DNA of 64,000 bases from Candidatus Eiseniibacteriota bacterium (GCA_043809585.1 JBDROZ010000042.1:1-64000); one strand, 5' to 3'. Shown: positions 21,153 through 31,139, numbered from the stretch's first letter. Program-made: numbers and translations. The notes: generated by a model not told the origin, from the letters alone.

Positions 21153-22865
21153 CTAGTCGGTGCGCGCCATCCTCTCCAACGCTCGCCTCAATCTGGTAGC
21201 CTTGATCATCCGCCGGGCGTACTCGGTCTCTTGGGGCTTGCCCTTGGCGCGGACGAGGGCGACCAACTCTCCCTTCTCTCCGGCGCTCCACCTTTCCAGG
21301 CCCCGGATCCGGGCGAGGGGAATCGCGAGACGCCCGAGCCATTCCCTCTCGGGCGCCGGCCATCGTTTCCATCCCCGGCACCCGAGGGCCCTCGCGACCG
21401 TCTCCGCGCACTCCCGGCGGGCGAGCCGCCCGTCGCCGCCGAAACGTTCTCCGATCCACTTGGTGGTCGAGGTCGAGAGGTCGGCGAGGGGAAACTCGTC
21501 CGGCATCTTCCGGGGATCGTGGCGGAGGTCGAAGAAGAGGTCGCTCACGGCGAGTTTCTCGAGCGTCCCGATCGGTGTCCGGTAGGAGCGGTCGCGACGG
21601 ATCTTCGCCGCCTCCTTCGCGGCGAGGCGTCGCACCGCCGGGTCCTTCGGCACGAAGCCGAGCTTGTAATAGAACCAGAAGGACCCCGACTTCAGCCCCT
21701 CGTCGTTCTCGTGGCCCACCTGGTAGCGTACGATCTTGAATCGCGTGCATCCGAAGTGCCGGTGAAAGGCGCGGACGAACTGGGTGAAGACGTATCCGGC
21801 CTCCCCCCCCCGCCAGGTGTCGAAGATGTTCACCGCGATCTCCATCTGCTCGAAGAGCATGGCGCCTACGCCGTAGCCGACGGGGTAGCCGTTCTTCACG
21901 AGGAGCGCGCCGTAGTCGCTTTCCCACGGGAGGCGGTGGGGGTGGCGCATGCCGTAGAGAACGAAGCGATAGCCTCGGCCCGGCTCGAAGACGAGCACGT
22001 CGTCGGGGTTGGCGTACTCGATCGGGTATAGGGCGCGGTGCCGGACGGCGAGGGAGCACCGGACCGATCGGATCAGGCGGTCCGCCTCCCGGCGCGAAAC
22101 CCGCGGCAGCTCCGGCGTGGGGCGGGTGATCTCCCGCCGGAAGTCGGTGATCTTCCGGAGCAGCGGTCCGTCGTGAAAGAAGAGCGGTCCGTCGGAGGCG
22201 CGCCCTGTGGTCCGGGATGCGTCCGAATCGCCGAGGGGCCAGACTACCGGGAGATCGATCCGGTCGTAGAGATGGCGCCTCACGAGATGGGGGGCTTTGA
22301 TCCGCTCGATGTTCTCCACGAGCCAGCGAAGATCGGAGACGGGCCGGCCCCCCTTGCGGAGGGCGATCCAGTCGCGCGTTTCCATCTCCGCGAGGTCGAG
22401 GCCGTCGTTCTCCACCCACTCGGCGACCAGGGCGAGCAGATTGTCGACCCCGCCCGTCTCCTCGATCTCGTCCCAATCCACCTCGAGATCGTCGCCGTAC
22501 CAACGGATGAGTTCCCCAGCCGTGACGATGTCATAGGAGTAATGCACCGGCGTGCCCGCGATCCCCGAATCGTCGAGCTCCGCCGCCCCGTCGGGATCGA
22601 GCCGCCGGAGCCGCCGCACCCGGCGAAGAAAGCGGTCGCACTCGCCTCGCACGAGATCGAAGATCTCTCGATCGTCCGGATAGGCCCGGAGGAAGAGAAG
22701 GGCCTCGTGATAGCGAAAGAGGAGGCGCGCTTCGTCGACCGGCTCCCGGCGGAGGGCCTCGAGGATGCGGAACTTCTCATCCCGCTCCTGCGGTCCGTAC
22801 CGGTTCCGGATCTTCTCGAGACGGCGGACCCTCCCCCGGGCGGTTTTCGGGATGTTCCGGGCCAT
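21153..22865 (-). CDS. Hypothetical protein with probable C-terminal GNAT-like fold
   Basis: 570-aa ORF after AGGAGG RBS; NIFDTWRGGEA and FWFYYKLGF resemble GNAT motifs A/B. Confidence 0.6.
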   Translation of the reverse strand: MARNIPKTARGRVRRLEKIRNRYGPQERDEKFRILEALRREPVDEARLLFRYHEALLFLRAYPDDREIFDLVRGECDRFLRRVRRLRRLDPDGAAELDDSGIAGTPVHYSYDIVTAGELIRWYGDDLEVDWDEIEETGGVDNLLALVAEWVENDGLDLAEMETRDWIALRKGGRPVSDLRWLVENIERIKAPHLVRRHLYDRIDLPVVWPLGDSDASRTTGRASDGPLFFHDGPLLRKITDFRREITRPTPELPRVSRREADRLIRSVRCSLAVRHRALYPIEYANPDDVLVFEPGRGYRFVLYGMRHPHRLPWESDYGALLVKNGYPVGYGVGAMLFEQMEIAVNIFDTWRGGEAGYVFTQFVRAFHRHFGCTRFKIVRYQVGHENDEGLKSGSFWFYYKLGFVPKDPAVRRLAAKEAAKIRRDRSYRTPIGTLEKLAVSDLFFDLRHDPRKMPDEFPLADLSTSTTKWIGERFGGDGRLARRECAETVARALGCRGWKRWPAPEREWLGRLAIPLARIRGLERWSAGEKGELVALVRAKGKPQETEYARRMIKATRLRRALERMARTD

Positions 22866-22876
22866 GATGGTTCCTC

Positions 22877-24205
22877 CTATGATCCTTCCACCTTCGGGAA
22901 GAGGACGCCGCCGAGCACGAGGGAACGGGCGCGGAGGCTGTAGAAGACGCCGTCGAAGAGTTCGCCGCTGATGAAGAGCGCCGTGCCGAGGAGCACGCCG
23001 TTCAGTTCCGGATAGCGCGAGACGAACCAGAGCCCGACGGCGGAGAGGAGGGCGATCTTCGAAAGGGAGACGCTCGTGAAGACGCCCGTTCGCCGCGCCT
23101 TGATGAGCAACCCCTGCGACGTGGACCGGGTGGCGAGGAACAGGGGTTCGAGCACGATGAGAAAGAGGGCCGGGGCCACCACCCGTTCCATCTCGGGGGA
23201 GAGGGAGAAGGCGCCCCGGAGCAGCGAGCTCCGGAGGGGCGTCCATGTGAGGATCACGACGACGAGGGCGAAGAAGACCGTCGACCATGCGCTGAAGCGG
23301 ATCACCCGGCGGAGGTCGGTCCGGTTCTCCGGGAGGATCAGCGTCACGTTTTGCAGCGCCCAGAGGGGGGAGCAGGTGAGGAGCAGGATCGGGATCACCA
23401 CGCCGAAGCCCCCCTGGGCGAGCTCCGGGTCGGGGAGGCGGCCGAGAATGCCGTTGATGACCGGCCGGATCGCCGTCCACACGTAGGCGGAGATCGCCAT
23501 GGGGGCCGAGACGCGCAGGATCTCCTTCGCCGTCAGGAAGACGTCGTTCCCGTCCCCCCGCCGCTCCCGGAAACGCCGCCGGATGTTCCTCGTGCCCCGC
23601 AGGATGAAGAGGAGCTCGACGAAGAGCCCCGCGTCGAGGGCCGCGCTCCCCGCCATGGCGCCCGACGAAGTGCCGGCCCCGACCGCGATGCCGACCACGG
23701 CGGCGAGAATCAGTATGCGATAGCCCGTGGCGCGGGCGATGAGGCCCGTCTTCTTCTCCACCAGGGCCATGGCGTTCGCGACGCCCCGGAGGGAAATGAT
23801 GAGCGGGATCGGCGAAAGCACGAGGAGGGTCTTCTTCGCCAGGTCCGCCGCCCGGGGCGTGGTGGTGACGAGATGCCGGAAGACGAAGTCTCCCGCCGGC
23901 GTCGCCGCGATGAGGATCACCGTGAGCGTCGACAACGCGCCGAGCAGCGCCGCCCCGGCGAAGAGGCGGCGCATCGACTGGTAGCCGTGGAGGAGAGTCG
24001 CCGCCGACTGCTGGATCACGAAACAGGGGGCCTCGATGAACATCATCACCGTGAAGCCGAGCCAGTACCCGGCGAACTCGAGCTTCGGGTCCGCCGACCG
24101 GCCGACCGCCACGTTGATGAGCGGCCCCGAGAGGGTCATCATCTGGGAGGTCAGAACGAGGGGAATGTAAAAGCGGAAGATCTCGCGGACGGGCAACGGC
24201 TTCAT
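22877..24205 (-). CDS. MATE/MOP-superfamily membrane protein (ANKH-like)
   Basis: About 12 hydrophobic segments in two repeated halves (IFRFYIPL...PLIN / ILRVSAPM...PVIN). Confidence 0.6.
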   Translation of the reverse strand: MKPLPVREIFRFYIPLVLTSQMMTLSGPLINVAVGRSADPKLEFAGYWLGFTVMMFIEAPCFVIQQSAATLLHGYQSMRRLFAGAALLGALSTLTVILIAATPAGDFVFRHLVTTTPRAADLAKKTLLVLSPIPLIISLRGVANAMALVEKKTGLIARATGYRILILAAVVGIAVGAGTSSGAMAGSAALDAGLFVELLFILRGTRNIRRRFRERRGDGNDVFLTAKEILRVSAPMAISAYVWTAIRPVINGILGRLPDPELAQGGFGVVIPILLLTCSPLWALQNVTLILPENRTDLRRVIRFSAWSTVFFALVVVILTWTPLRSSLLRGAFSLSPEMERVVAPALFLIVLEPLFLATRSTSQGLLIKARRTGVFTSVSLSKIALLSAVGLWFVSRYPELNGVLLGTALFISGELFDGVFYSLRARSLVLGGVLFPKVEGS

Positions 24206-25443
24206 CGAGCGTTTCCGGCCCGCTCGTCGACCGGGTCGATCCTATCGAGGACGGCGGCCCCTACCGTGTCGCCCCATACATTGACGGTGGTGCGGCACCG
24301 GTCGAGGAACCAGTCGATGGCGAGGATCATGCCGATCCCCTCGAGGGGGAGCCCGACCGCGCGGAGAACGATCACCATGGTGACGAGGCCCGCCTGGGGA
24401 ATGCCGGCGGCGCCGATCGACGCGAGGGTGGCGGTCAGGAAGATGACGACCTGATCCCCGGCGCTCAAGGGAATGTGCATCGCCTGGGCGATGAAGATGG
24501 CCGCCACCGACTCGTAGAGGGCGGTGCCGTCCATGTTGATCGTCGCGCCGAGCGGAAGGATGAAGAGGGACGAGCGGCGGGAGAGCTTCGCCCGCTCCTC
24601 GCAGGCCCGGATCGTGACGGGGAGGGACGCCGAGCTGGACGCCGTGGAGAAGGCGGTGGTGAGGGCGGTGGCGACGTGGGTGAAGTGCTCCCACGGATTC
24701 CGGCGGGCCACGAGGAGGAGGATCAGGGGGAGCACGATGACGCCGTGCACGCCGAGGCCGACCAGGACCGTGGTGGCGTAGAGGCCGATCTTCGTCACCT
24801 CCGCGAGAAACGCCTCTCCGCCCCCCGCGAGCCCGAGCCGGGAGGCGACGAGGGCGAAGACGCCCACGGGGGCGATGAAGAGGACGAGAAGCACGATTTT
24901 CAGAATCGCTTCGTTCATTCCGTCGAAGAAGCGGATGACCGGTTTCCCTTTGTCGCCGATCGTGGTGAGAACGCCCCCGAAGAGGAGGGAGAAGACGATG
25001 AGGGGGAGGATGTCCGTGTTCGCCGCCGCCTCGATCAGGTTCGGCGTCACGAAACTCCCGATGATGTCGACGAAGCCGGTCGCCTCCTTGCCCCGGACCG
25101 CCTCCGGCACTTCGCCGCCGAGCCACTCGAACCCGACGCCCGGTTTGATGATGTTGACGAGGACGATCCCGATGATCACCGCGATCCCCGTCGTCGTGAT
25201 GTAGTAGAGGATGGCGATCGTGCCGGTCCGGCCGAGGCGGCGGACGTCGCCGAGCCCCGAGATCCCGACGATCATGGAGGAGACGACGAGGGGGACGACC
25301 ATCATCTTGAGGGCGTCGAGGAAGAACTCGCCGATCCAGGTGACGGCGGCCATGCGTTCGCCGAAGATCCAGCCCGCGGCGCCGCCGAGGAGAACGCCGG
25401 CCAGGATGCCGTAGAGAATGATACGGTTCGTGCGTGGGCTCAA
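24202..25443 (-). CDS. Dicarboxylate/amino acid:cation symporter (DAACS, GltP-like)
   Basis: FSTASSSASLP, PLGATINMDGTALYE, DWFLDRCRTTVNVWGD; TTG start after AGGAGG. Confidence 0.9.
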   Translation of the reverse strand: MSPRTNRIILYGILAGVLLGGAAGWIFGERMAAVTWIGEFFLDALKMMVVPLVVSSMIVGISGLGDVRRLGRTGTIAILYYITTTGIAVIIGIVLVNIIKPGVGFEWLGGEVPEAVRGKEATGFVDIIGSFVTPNLIEAAANTDILPLIVFSLLFGGVLTTIGDKGKPVIRFFDGMNEAILKIVLLVLFIAPVGVFALVASRLGLAGGGEAFLAEVTKIGLYATTVLVGLGVHGVIVLPLILLLVARRNPWEHFTHVATALTTAFSTASSSASLPVTIRACEERAKLSRRSSLFILPLGATINMDGTALYESVAAIFIAQAMHIPLSAGDQVVIFLTATLASIGAAGIPQAGLVTMVIVLRAVGLPLEGIGMILAIDWFLDRCRTTVNVWGDTVGAAVLDRIDPVDERAGNAR

Positions 25444-25526
25444 TGCGACCTCCTGTCCGGGCCTACGATCTCCCGAGTATAGCGGACCGGAGTGAAAAGG
25501 GCAGCGGAGAAACGGCTCCCGGGAAA

Positions 25527-26462
25527 CTAGGGGCTCGTGGGGCGATTCGCTCTCAGGCGGTGGGCCGACAGAACGATCGCGAGGGCGATGATCTCGGAAA
25601 GGCTCGTGAAGAGCCGGGCCGCGAGCGCGAGGAAGAGGGCTTCCGGACCGGTGAGAAAGTCCTTCAGGCCGTAGACGAAGAGGCCTTCGCGAACCCCGAT
25701 CCCGCCGGGGGCGAAGAAGGCCACGAATCCCACGACGACCGAGAACGAGTAGATTCCGGAAAGCGCGGGGATCCGGCCGAGCGGAATGCCCGCCCCGAGG
25801 CCCGCCGAGAGGACCCAGATGCCGGCTCCGAGAACCAGCCAGGTGAGGGAGAACATGAACGCGTAGTAGGCGGAGCGTCGGCGGCTGATGCCCTCCCGAA
25901 CGGGTTCCCGTCCCGTCAGGACGATCACCCGATTCGCCGCCCGGACCAAGGCTCCCGGCGAGACGAGCAGGGCGATCATGAGCAGAATGCCGCATATTCT
26001 CTGAACGGCTTCGAGGCCGGGATAGGGAGGGGGGGCCGTGAGAAGGAAGAGAACCACGGCGGTGGTGATGATGTACACGTTCTCCAGACCGGCGGATGCC
26101 AGCACGATGCGGACCGGGACTCCTCTCTCCGCGAAGAAGGTGCTCCTCATGGTGAGAATCCAGACTTTTCCGGGGACGTACTTTCCGACGAGGGAGAGAA
26201 GCACGATGCGAAGCGTCTCGAGCGTTCCGATGCATGCCCCGAAGTAGCGGAGGAGATTCGACATCAGATAGCCCTGAACCATGTGGAAACCCGTGAATAC
26301 GAGGAGGGACAGGGCGAGCAAGGGCCCGTTCGATTCGGCGAGAACATCTCGGATGTCGGCGCGGCGGGAATAGACGAACCAGATCAGGAACAGGACGGCC
26401 GAGGCGATGAAGACCCGGTTGACAAGCCGGATCCACTGACTCCCCTGCGACTTCCTATTCAG
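25527..26462 (-). CDS. Lysylphosphatidylglycerol-synthase TM / flippase-like membrane protein
   Basis: GKYVPGKVW and APGGIGVRE motifs; frame is open upstream of TTG 26321 to a CTG at 26462 and encodes an extra TM helix; start uncertain. Confidence 0.7.
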   Translation of the reverse strand: MNRKSQGSQWIRLVNRVFIASAVLFLIWFVYSRRADIRDVLAESNGPLLALSLLVFTGFHMVQGYLMSNLLRYFGACIGTLETLRIVLLSLVGKYVPGKVWILTMRSTFFAERGVPVRIVLASAGLENVYIITTAVVLFLLTAPPPYPGLEAVQRICGILLMIALLVSPGALVRAANRVIVLTGREPVREGISRRRSAYYAFMFSLTWLVLGAGIWVLSAGLGAGIPLGRIPALSGIYSFSVVVGFVAFFAPGGIGVREGLFVYGLKDFLTGPEALFLALAARLFTSLSEIIALAIVLSAHRLRANRPTSP

Positions 26463-26895
26463 CGGCCTTTTCCTTCCGGCGAATCATGAGAACGCGCCCC
26501 GGTACGCCCATGACCACGGCGTAGGCGGGCACGTCCGCCATGACCACCGAGTTCGATCCGATGGTGGACATCCGGCCGACGGTGCACCCGGGAAGGATGG
26601 TGACCTTCACTCCGATGAAGACGTCGTCCTCGATGATCACCGGAGCCGACTTCCGGACGTTGAACTCGGCGTTCAAACGGGAATTGACGGCGGTCACCTC
26701 ACCCAAGAGGGACACGCTCTTCGAGACCGTTACGCGGTCGCCGATCGTGATGTTCTCCGCCTTGGTTACCTGTAGGTCCCGGTCGATGACTACGTTCTTT
26801 CCGATGCGCATCCCGGAAAGGCGGTATATCGCCGCGCGAAAACCGAGAGGCAACGGAAGCATCGACGCGATGTAGCGGATCAACTTTCCCGGCAC
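26455..26895 (-). CDS. Hexapeptide-repeat acyltransferase
   Basis: GMRIGKNVVI, PVIIEDDVFIGVKVTILPGCTVG, VVMGVPGR. Confidence 0.85.
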   Translation of the reverse strand: MPGKLIRYIASMLPLPLGFRAAIYRLSGMRIGKNVVIDRDLQVTKAENITIGDRVTVSKSVSLLGEVTAVNSRLNAEFNVRKSAPVIIEDDVFIGVKVTILPGCTVGRMSTIGSNSVVMADVPAYAVVMGVPGRVLMIRRKEKAAE

Positions 26896-26966
26896 GGGAC
26901 ATCTCCGTTCGGGTCGGGCCGGCCATTCGCGTTCCGGCCGCGACTCCGGGGCTACCGCCCCCGACG

Positions 26967-27194
26967 TCAGATCTTCTGGGCGATCAGTTCCTGGAGCCTT
27001 TCGAACGAAACCGCCTCGGCCACCTCCTCCGGGCTGAGGGAGACGCGAAACTCCTGCTCCACGCTGAGGAGAAGATTGATGTGCGCCATGGAGTCCCAGG
27101 CCGGGTGGTTCTCCATCGAGAGCCCGGGAACGTCCGCGTCGGGCGCGAGGCAAAACACGGTTCGAAAAATCGTCTGTAGGCGTTCTTGAACCAT
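26967..27194 (-). CDS. Acyl carrier protein
   Basis: 75 aa, WDSMAHINL phosphopantetheine serine motif, EQEF. Confidence 0.85.
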   Translation of the reverse strand: MVQERLQTIFRTVFCLAPDADVPGLSMENHPAWDSMAHINLLLSVEQEFRVSLSPEEVAEAVSFERLQELIAQKI

Positions 27195-29056
27195 CAGAAT
27201 CCCTCGAACTTGATCGTGTACAGCTTGTCGGTCTCGTCCGCCTGCAGGCGGGACAGGGGGAACTCGAACCGGTTATGGTCGTTCGTCCCGTCGACGAGGT
27301 CGAACCCGTTATCGGGGTAGTACTCCTTCACGAGCTTGTTCTTCTTGGTGAAGTAGTGGTGCGCGGTGACCCCTTCGACGCCCGACCCCTTCAGGTCGTG
27401 GAGGATGCGGTGAAGGAAGGCGTTTTCCACTTTCCGCCCGATGGCGCGGCAACTGAGCGCGAGGGTGTCCAACTCCGCATGAACCGGATCCTCCTCCCTC
27501 GTGACGATGCAGACCCCGATGATGCCGTAGTCGCCGAACCGGTCCTCCATTCGCATCGTGTAGACGTCGGACGTTTCCAGAAACCGCTCGATGTCGGTCG
27601 TCGTGTATCGCTTCGTCGTCAGGTTGAACTGGTTCGTTCTTTGGGTCATCTGGCTGACGCGCGGCGCCTGGTCCTTCATGTTCTTGTAGATCGTGAGCGT
27701 GATCTGGAGCTGCCGGATGAAGTCCGTGAGGTCCGTCGCGTCCTTGCTGAGGCGGTTCCGCTCCACGTTGGCGCGGTACGACTCGTTCCGCTCGCGATCG
27801 GTGTCGGTGACTTCGAGGAAATCGAGGTTCTCCAGCCGGTCGATGAAATCGAAAACCTCGAGGGGGTTGAGCGGGAACTGCTCGACCTGGACCGCGGGGA
27901 AGTAGGTGCGGATCAGGTTGCACTCGAAGTCGCTGTCGTCGACGTAGACCATCGAGTCGATTCCGATGTTGATCTCTTCGGCCAGTTCCCGGAGGTTCTG
28001 CGCTTTGTCGTTCCAATTCACGCGGTAGGAGACGAGATGCTTCTTCTTGATCAGCATCTCGGGAGTGTTTTCCATGTAGGAGAAGACGTCGTCCTCGTTG
28101 TTCTTGCTGTTGAGGGCGAGCAGGATTCCACGGGAATGGAGCCGGAGGAGGAAGTGTTGCCACTCGCTATAGGCGGACCCGGGATACTCCTCTCCGAGCT
28201 TGAGACCGGCGGGCCCGTCTTCCCCGAGAATCCCGCCCCAGAGGGTGTTGTCGCAGTCGAGAACCACGCATTTCTTGGCCGGCCGATACGGAAGAGCGAC
28301 CACCTTGGCGAGGACGCGGCTGAATCCCTGGATCGCCTCGAGGCGGAAGGGGTTCCTCGTGGTCAGGTACATTCGAAGGTCGACGGAGCCGCGAATCCCC
28401 GCTTCCGCCATGAGGTAGTTCAAGTCGAAAATGGAAACTCTCTGCTCCGATCCGAACTCCTCCGCGATCCGGAGGTTGATCGAGCGAAGGAGGTTCGGCC
28501 AGCCCGCGGCGGTCTGGAATGAATACGGCTTGTCGTACTCGTACGGGTAGTAGGGCAGGTTCGACAAGATGACCCGGGCTTTCGTCCCGGCGATGATCTT
28601 CGAGACGATCAGTCGGAGCTTCGCGAGAATCGTGTCGGCGAGGTCCGCCGCCGCCGAGAAGTACCGGTCTTTGACCAATCCCCGAAGATCGAACATCAGA
28701 ATCACGGCGTCGAACTCGGTCCGAAAGAACGCGGAATCCGGATCAAGAACGTATCCTTCGTAGACATCGAAGTCTCCGAGCCAGATCTTGCCGACGAGGT
28801 CCTTGCGGAGGAGCTCGGTGTGGAGACAGGGAAGCCACGGGTCGACCGTGAAATTTCGAAGGACTCCGATCCTGACCTGCTTGTGGGAATCGAGGCTCCC
28901 GTCGTATTCCTGGGAAGTCTTGTATAAGAGGTCCATCATCGAGTAGTTGACGTCTTCCGGCGCGACGACTTCCTTCGCGTGGGCGAAGAAGTCGCTCCAG
29001 CACCCGCTCGCGGCGGCTTCTCTGAGATTGGAGGCTACGTCGGCCATGACATACAC
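27194..29056 (-). CDS. FkbH-like HAD-IIIC glyceryl transferase/phosphatase
   Basis: VLDCDNTLWGG, SKNN, VNWNDK, YVDDSDFE, QRTNQFNLTTKRY, DRFGDYG, LSCRAIGR. Confidence 0.9.
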   Translation of the reverse strand: MYVMADVASNLREAAASGCWSDFFAHAKEVVAPEDVNYSMMDLLYKTSQEYDGSLDSHKQVRIGVLRNFTVDPWLPCLHTELLRKDLVGKIWLGDFDVYEGYVLDPDSAFFRTEFDAVILMFDLRGLVKDRYFSAAADLADTILAKLRLIVSKIIAGTKARVILSNLPYYPYEYDKPYSFQTAAGWPNLLRSINLRIAEEFGSEQRVSIFDLNYLMAEAGIRGSVDLRMYLTTRNPFRLEAIQGFSRVLAKVVALPYRPAKKCVVLDCDNTLWGGILGEDGPAGLKLGEEYPGSAYSEWQHFLLRLHSRGILLALNSKNNEDDVFSYMENTPEMLIKKKHLVSYRVNWNDKAQNLRELAEEINIGIDSMVYVDDSDFECNLIRTYFPAVQVEQFPLNPLEVFDFIDRLENLDFLEVTDTDRERNESYRANVERNRLSKDATDLTDFIRQLQITLTIYKNMKDQAPRVSQMTQRTNQFNLTTKRYTTTDIERFLETSDVYTMRMEDRFGDYGIIGVCIVTREEDPVHAELDTLALSCRAIGRKVENAFLHRILHDLKGSGVEGVTAHHYFTKKNKLVKEYYPDNGFDLVDGTNDHNRFEFPLSRLQADETDKLYTIKFEGF

Positions 29057-29059
29057 TCC

Positions 29060-30262
29060 CTAACTGTAGAGGATTCGTCCCCCGGACATGGGGATGTTCG
29101 CGCCGGAGATGAAACTTCCGCCTCTTTCGAGCAGAAAGAGAACGGTGTCGGCGATCTCCTCCTCCGAAACCAGCTTCTTGAGGGGGGTCGCGTTCTTCAC
29201 CATCATCTTGATGTTCTGAGCGTGGATGTTGGATGTATGGATGAGGCCGGGGGAAATGGTGTTTACCGAGGTGCCGATCTCTCCCAGTTCGAGAGAAAGC
29301 GCGTTGCGCAGGCCGTTCAGGGCCGCTTTGCCGACGATGTAGTGGGTCCAGTTCTTCTTGGGGGCCTGGACGGCTTCACTGCCGATCAGGACGACCCGCC
29401 CGGCCGCGGACCTCTCGAAGTCCGGGAGGCTCCGTTGAATGATCTCGATCGCCGACTTCACGTAGGTAGTGAGGAACTTGTCGCAGGCCTCCCATCCGAG
29501 ATCGCGAAACGAAATATCGGCGAGGGGCGGAGAAGCGCAGTGCACGAATGCGGTAAGCCCATCCGAGAATCCGCGGACGGCTTCGAAAAGCCCGTCGAGA
29601 TCGGAGGACGCGGCGATGTCGCATCGCACGGTTCGGAGGCGCGTGCCGGCGTCTCGAGACGCCGCGGCGGTTTCTTTCGCCGCTTCCTTGTCGGCTACGT
29701 AGGTGGCGACGACGCGCGCGCCGGTCTCGAGCAGGCTCGCGGTGATCGTTCTCCCGAGGCCCCGGGTGCCACCGGTGACGAGAACCGTCTGGTCTTTGAT
29801 CGGGATGAAGTTGCGTGGCATGGCTTCCTCCAAAATCCGGACCTTCGCGGTGCCCGTCAGCACCGTCTCGCCTCGGTCGTTTTCTACGTCCACCCCGATT
29901 ACGGCGATTTCGAGGCCGGGAGAAAAGTGCTCCACTTCCAGTCGGACGGTGACCGAGTCGCCGATGTGCACCGGAGCGTTGAATTCGAAATCAGCTGAAA
30001 ACCACAGGCTCCCGGGGCCGGGGAGATGAGTCCCGATCGCGCGGCTGACGAAGGAATAGAGAATCGCGCCGTGGGCCACGCGTGTAGGAAACCCGAGGCG
30101 GCGCGCGGTGGGCCGGTCGGTGTGAAGGGGATTGTCGTCTCCCGAGAACCGGACGAACGAGTCGACGAGATCTTCACTGATCGTCTCCCGGAATTCGTAA
30201 CGTTGCCCCGTCTCCAGGAAGGCGGGGCGGTCGGGGGTATTGCTATGCCCCTCTCTCTTCAT
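29060..30262 (-). CDS. MaoC-like dehydratase fused to SDR ketoreductase
   Basis: FSGDDNPLH...AHG...LPGPG hotdog domain; VTGGTRGLG, YIVGK, VNTISPG. Confidence 0.85.
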   Translation of the reverse strand: MKREGHSNTPDRPAFLETGQRYEFRETISEDLVDSFVRFSGDDNPLHTDRPTARRLGFPTRVAHGAILYSFVSRAIGTHLPGPGSLWFSADFEFNAPVHIGDSVTVRLEVEHFSPGLEIAVIGVDVENDRGETVLTGTAKVRILEEAMPRNFIPIKDQTVLVTGGTRGLGRTITASLLETGARVVATYVADKEAAKETAAASRDAGTRLRTVRCDIAASSDLDGLFEAVRGFSDGLTAFVHCASPPLADISFRDLGWEACDKFLTTYVKSAIEIIQRSLPDFERSAAGRVVLIGSEAVQAPKKNWTHYIVGKAALNGLRNALSLELGEIGTSVNTISPGLIHTSNIHAQNIKMMVKNATPLKKLVSEEEIADTVLFLLERGGSFISGANIPMSGGRILYS

Positions 30263-30287
30263 TGCTCGCTCGCGGAACGCGAACCGG

Positions 30288-31139
30288 TCATCGCCCGGTC
30301 TTCGCCCCCGACTCCCATCGCTTGGCGATCTCCTGCATGGTAACGACTTCGTAGCCTTGGTCCCGGGCGTGGTCGATCATGCCGCCGATGACGGGGAGGA
30401 CGGACGACGCGAACCCGGGATGACTGTAAATATGAGCGAACGGCTTGCCGTGCATGTCGCTCCGGATCGCCTCCAGCATCGCGTCTCCGCGAACTCCGTT
30501 CGCATGGAGCCACTCCTTGAACCCCACATTGCCTTCCGCCCGGATCGTGACCGGGATCTGAAGGTGCCGCAGTTTTTTTCCGCCCACTTCGGGGTGAAAG
30601 GGCTCGTCCCCGGGAAGTTCCCCCCCGTAGGCGAAATCGAATTCGTCGAGGAGGTGGAGAACACGCTCGTCGAACGTGAACCCGGGGGCCGTGAAACCCA
30701 CGGGCTTCCCGAAGAGGTTCGAGAATCTCTCGTACGCACTCTCGAAAGAGGAACGGATCTTTCTCCACGGCGCGCTCTTCAAGCGAACCTGCCACAAGGC
30801 ATGATCCATCCCTCCGTGGAGGCCGAGCTCGTGACCTTCGTCGATGATCCGCTGGAGGATGTCGATTCGTGAGAGGCCCACGTCCTTGTTCTCGAGAAGC
30901 AGCTTCCCGATGTTTCCGGATCCGATCTTTTCGCGGAGACCCGGCTTCGCCTTCTTCTCCTTGGCGAAGAACTCCTTCACATACCGGGACGCGGTGGCAT
31001 AATAGTTGAAGGCTTTCCCGAGGTTGACGAAGAAGCTGAAAGGGGCCTTCCGTTCGGCGGCGAGATCGAGGAGTTTCGGGACGCCCACCTCGAGGTCATA
31101 GAGGCTATCGATGTCGAGACGGTAGGAGAAGATCTTCAC
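30288..31139 (-). CDS. Polysaccharide deacetylase, ArnD-like
   Basis: RLDID...GVPKLLDL, FSFFVNLG, GHELGLHG, FTAPGF. Confidence 0.75.
   Translation of the reverse strand: MKIFSYRLDIDSLYDLEVGVPKLLDLAAERKAPFSFFVNLGKAFNYYATASRYVKEFFAKEKKAKPGLREKIGSGNIGKLLLENKDVGLSRIDILQRIIDEGHELGLHGGMDHALWQVRLKSAPWRKIRSSFESAYERFSNLFGKPVGFTAPGFTFDERVLHLLDEFDFAYGGELPGDEPFHPEVGGKKLRHLQIPVTIRAEGNVGFKEWLHANGVRGDAMLEAIRSDMHGKPFAHIYSHPGFASSVLPVIGGMIDHARDQGYEVVTMQEIAKRWESGAKTGR

Noticed and set aside
20975-21199. Short ORFs in repeat regions (e.g. the PDGYC.RA..FQGAEE peptide, also at 58918-59157)
   Set aside because: Similarity is explained by the DNA repeat; starts and ends are inconsistent between copies
26967-30262. 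Polyketide or secondary-metabolite assembly line
   Set aside because: No ketosynthase, adenylation or condensation domains; neighbours point to envelope glycan tailoring
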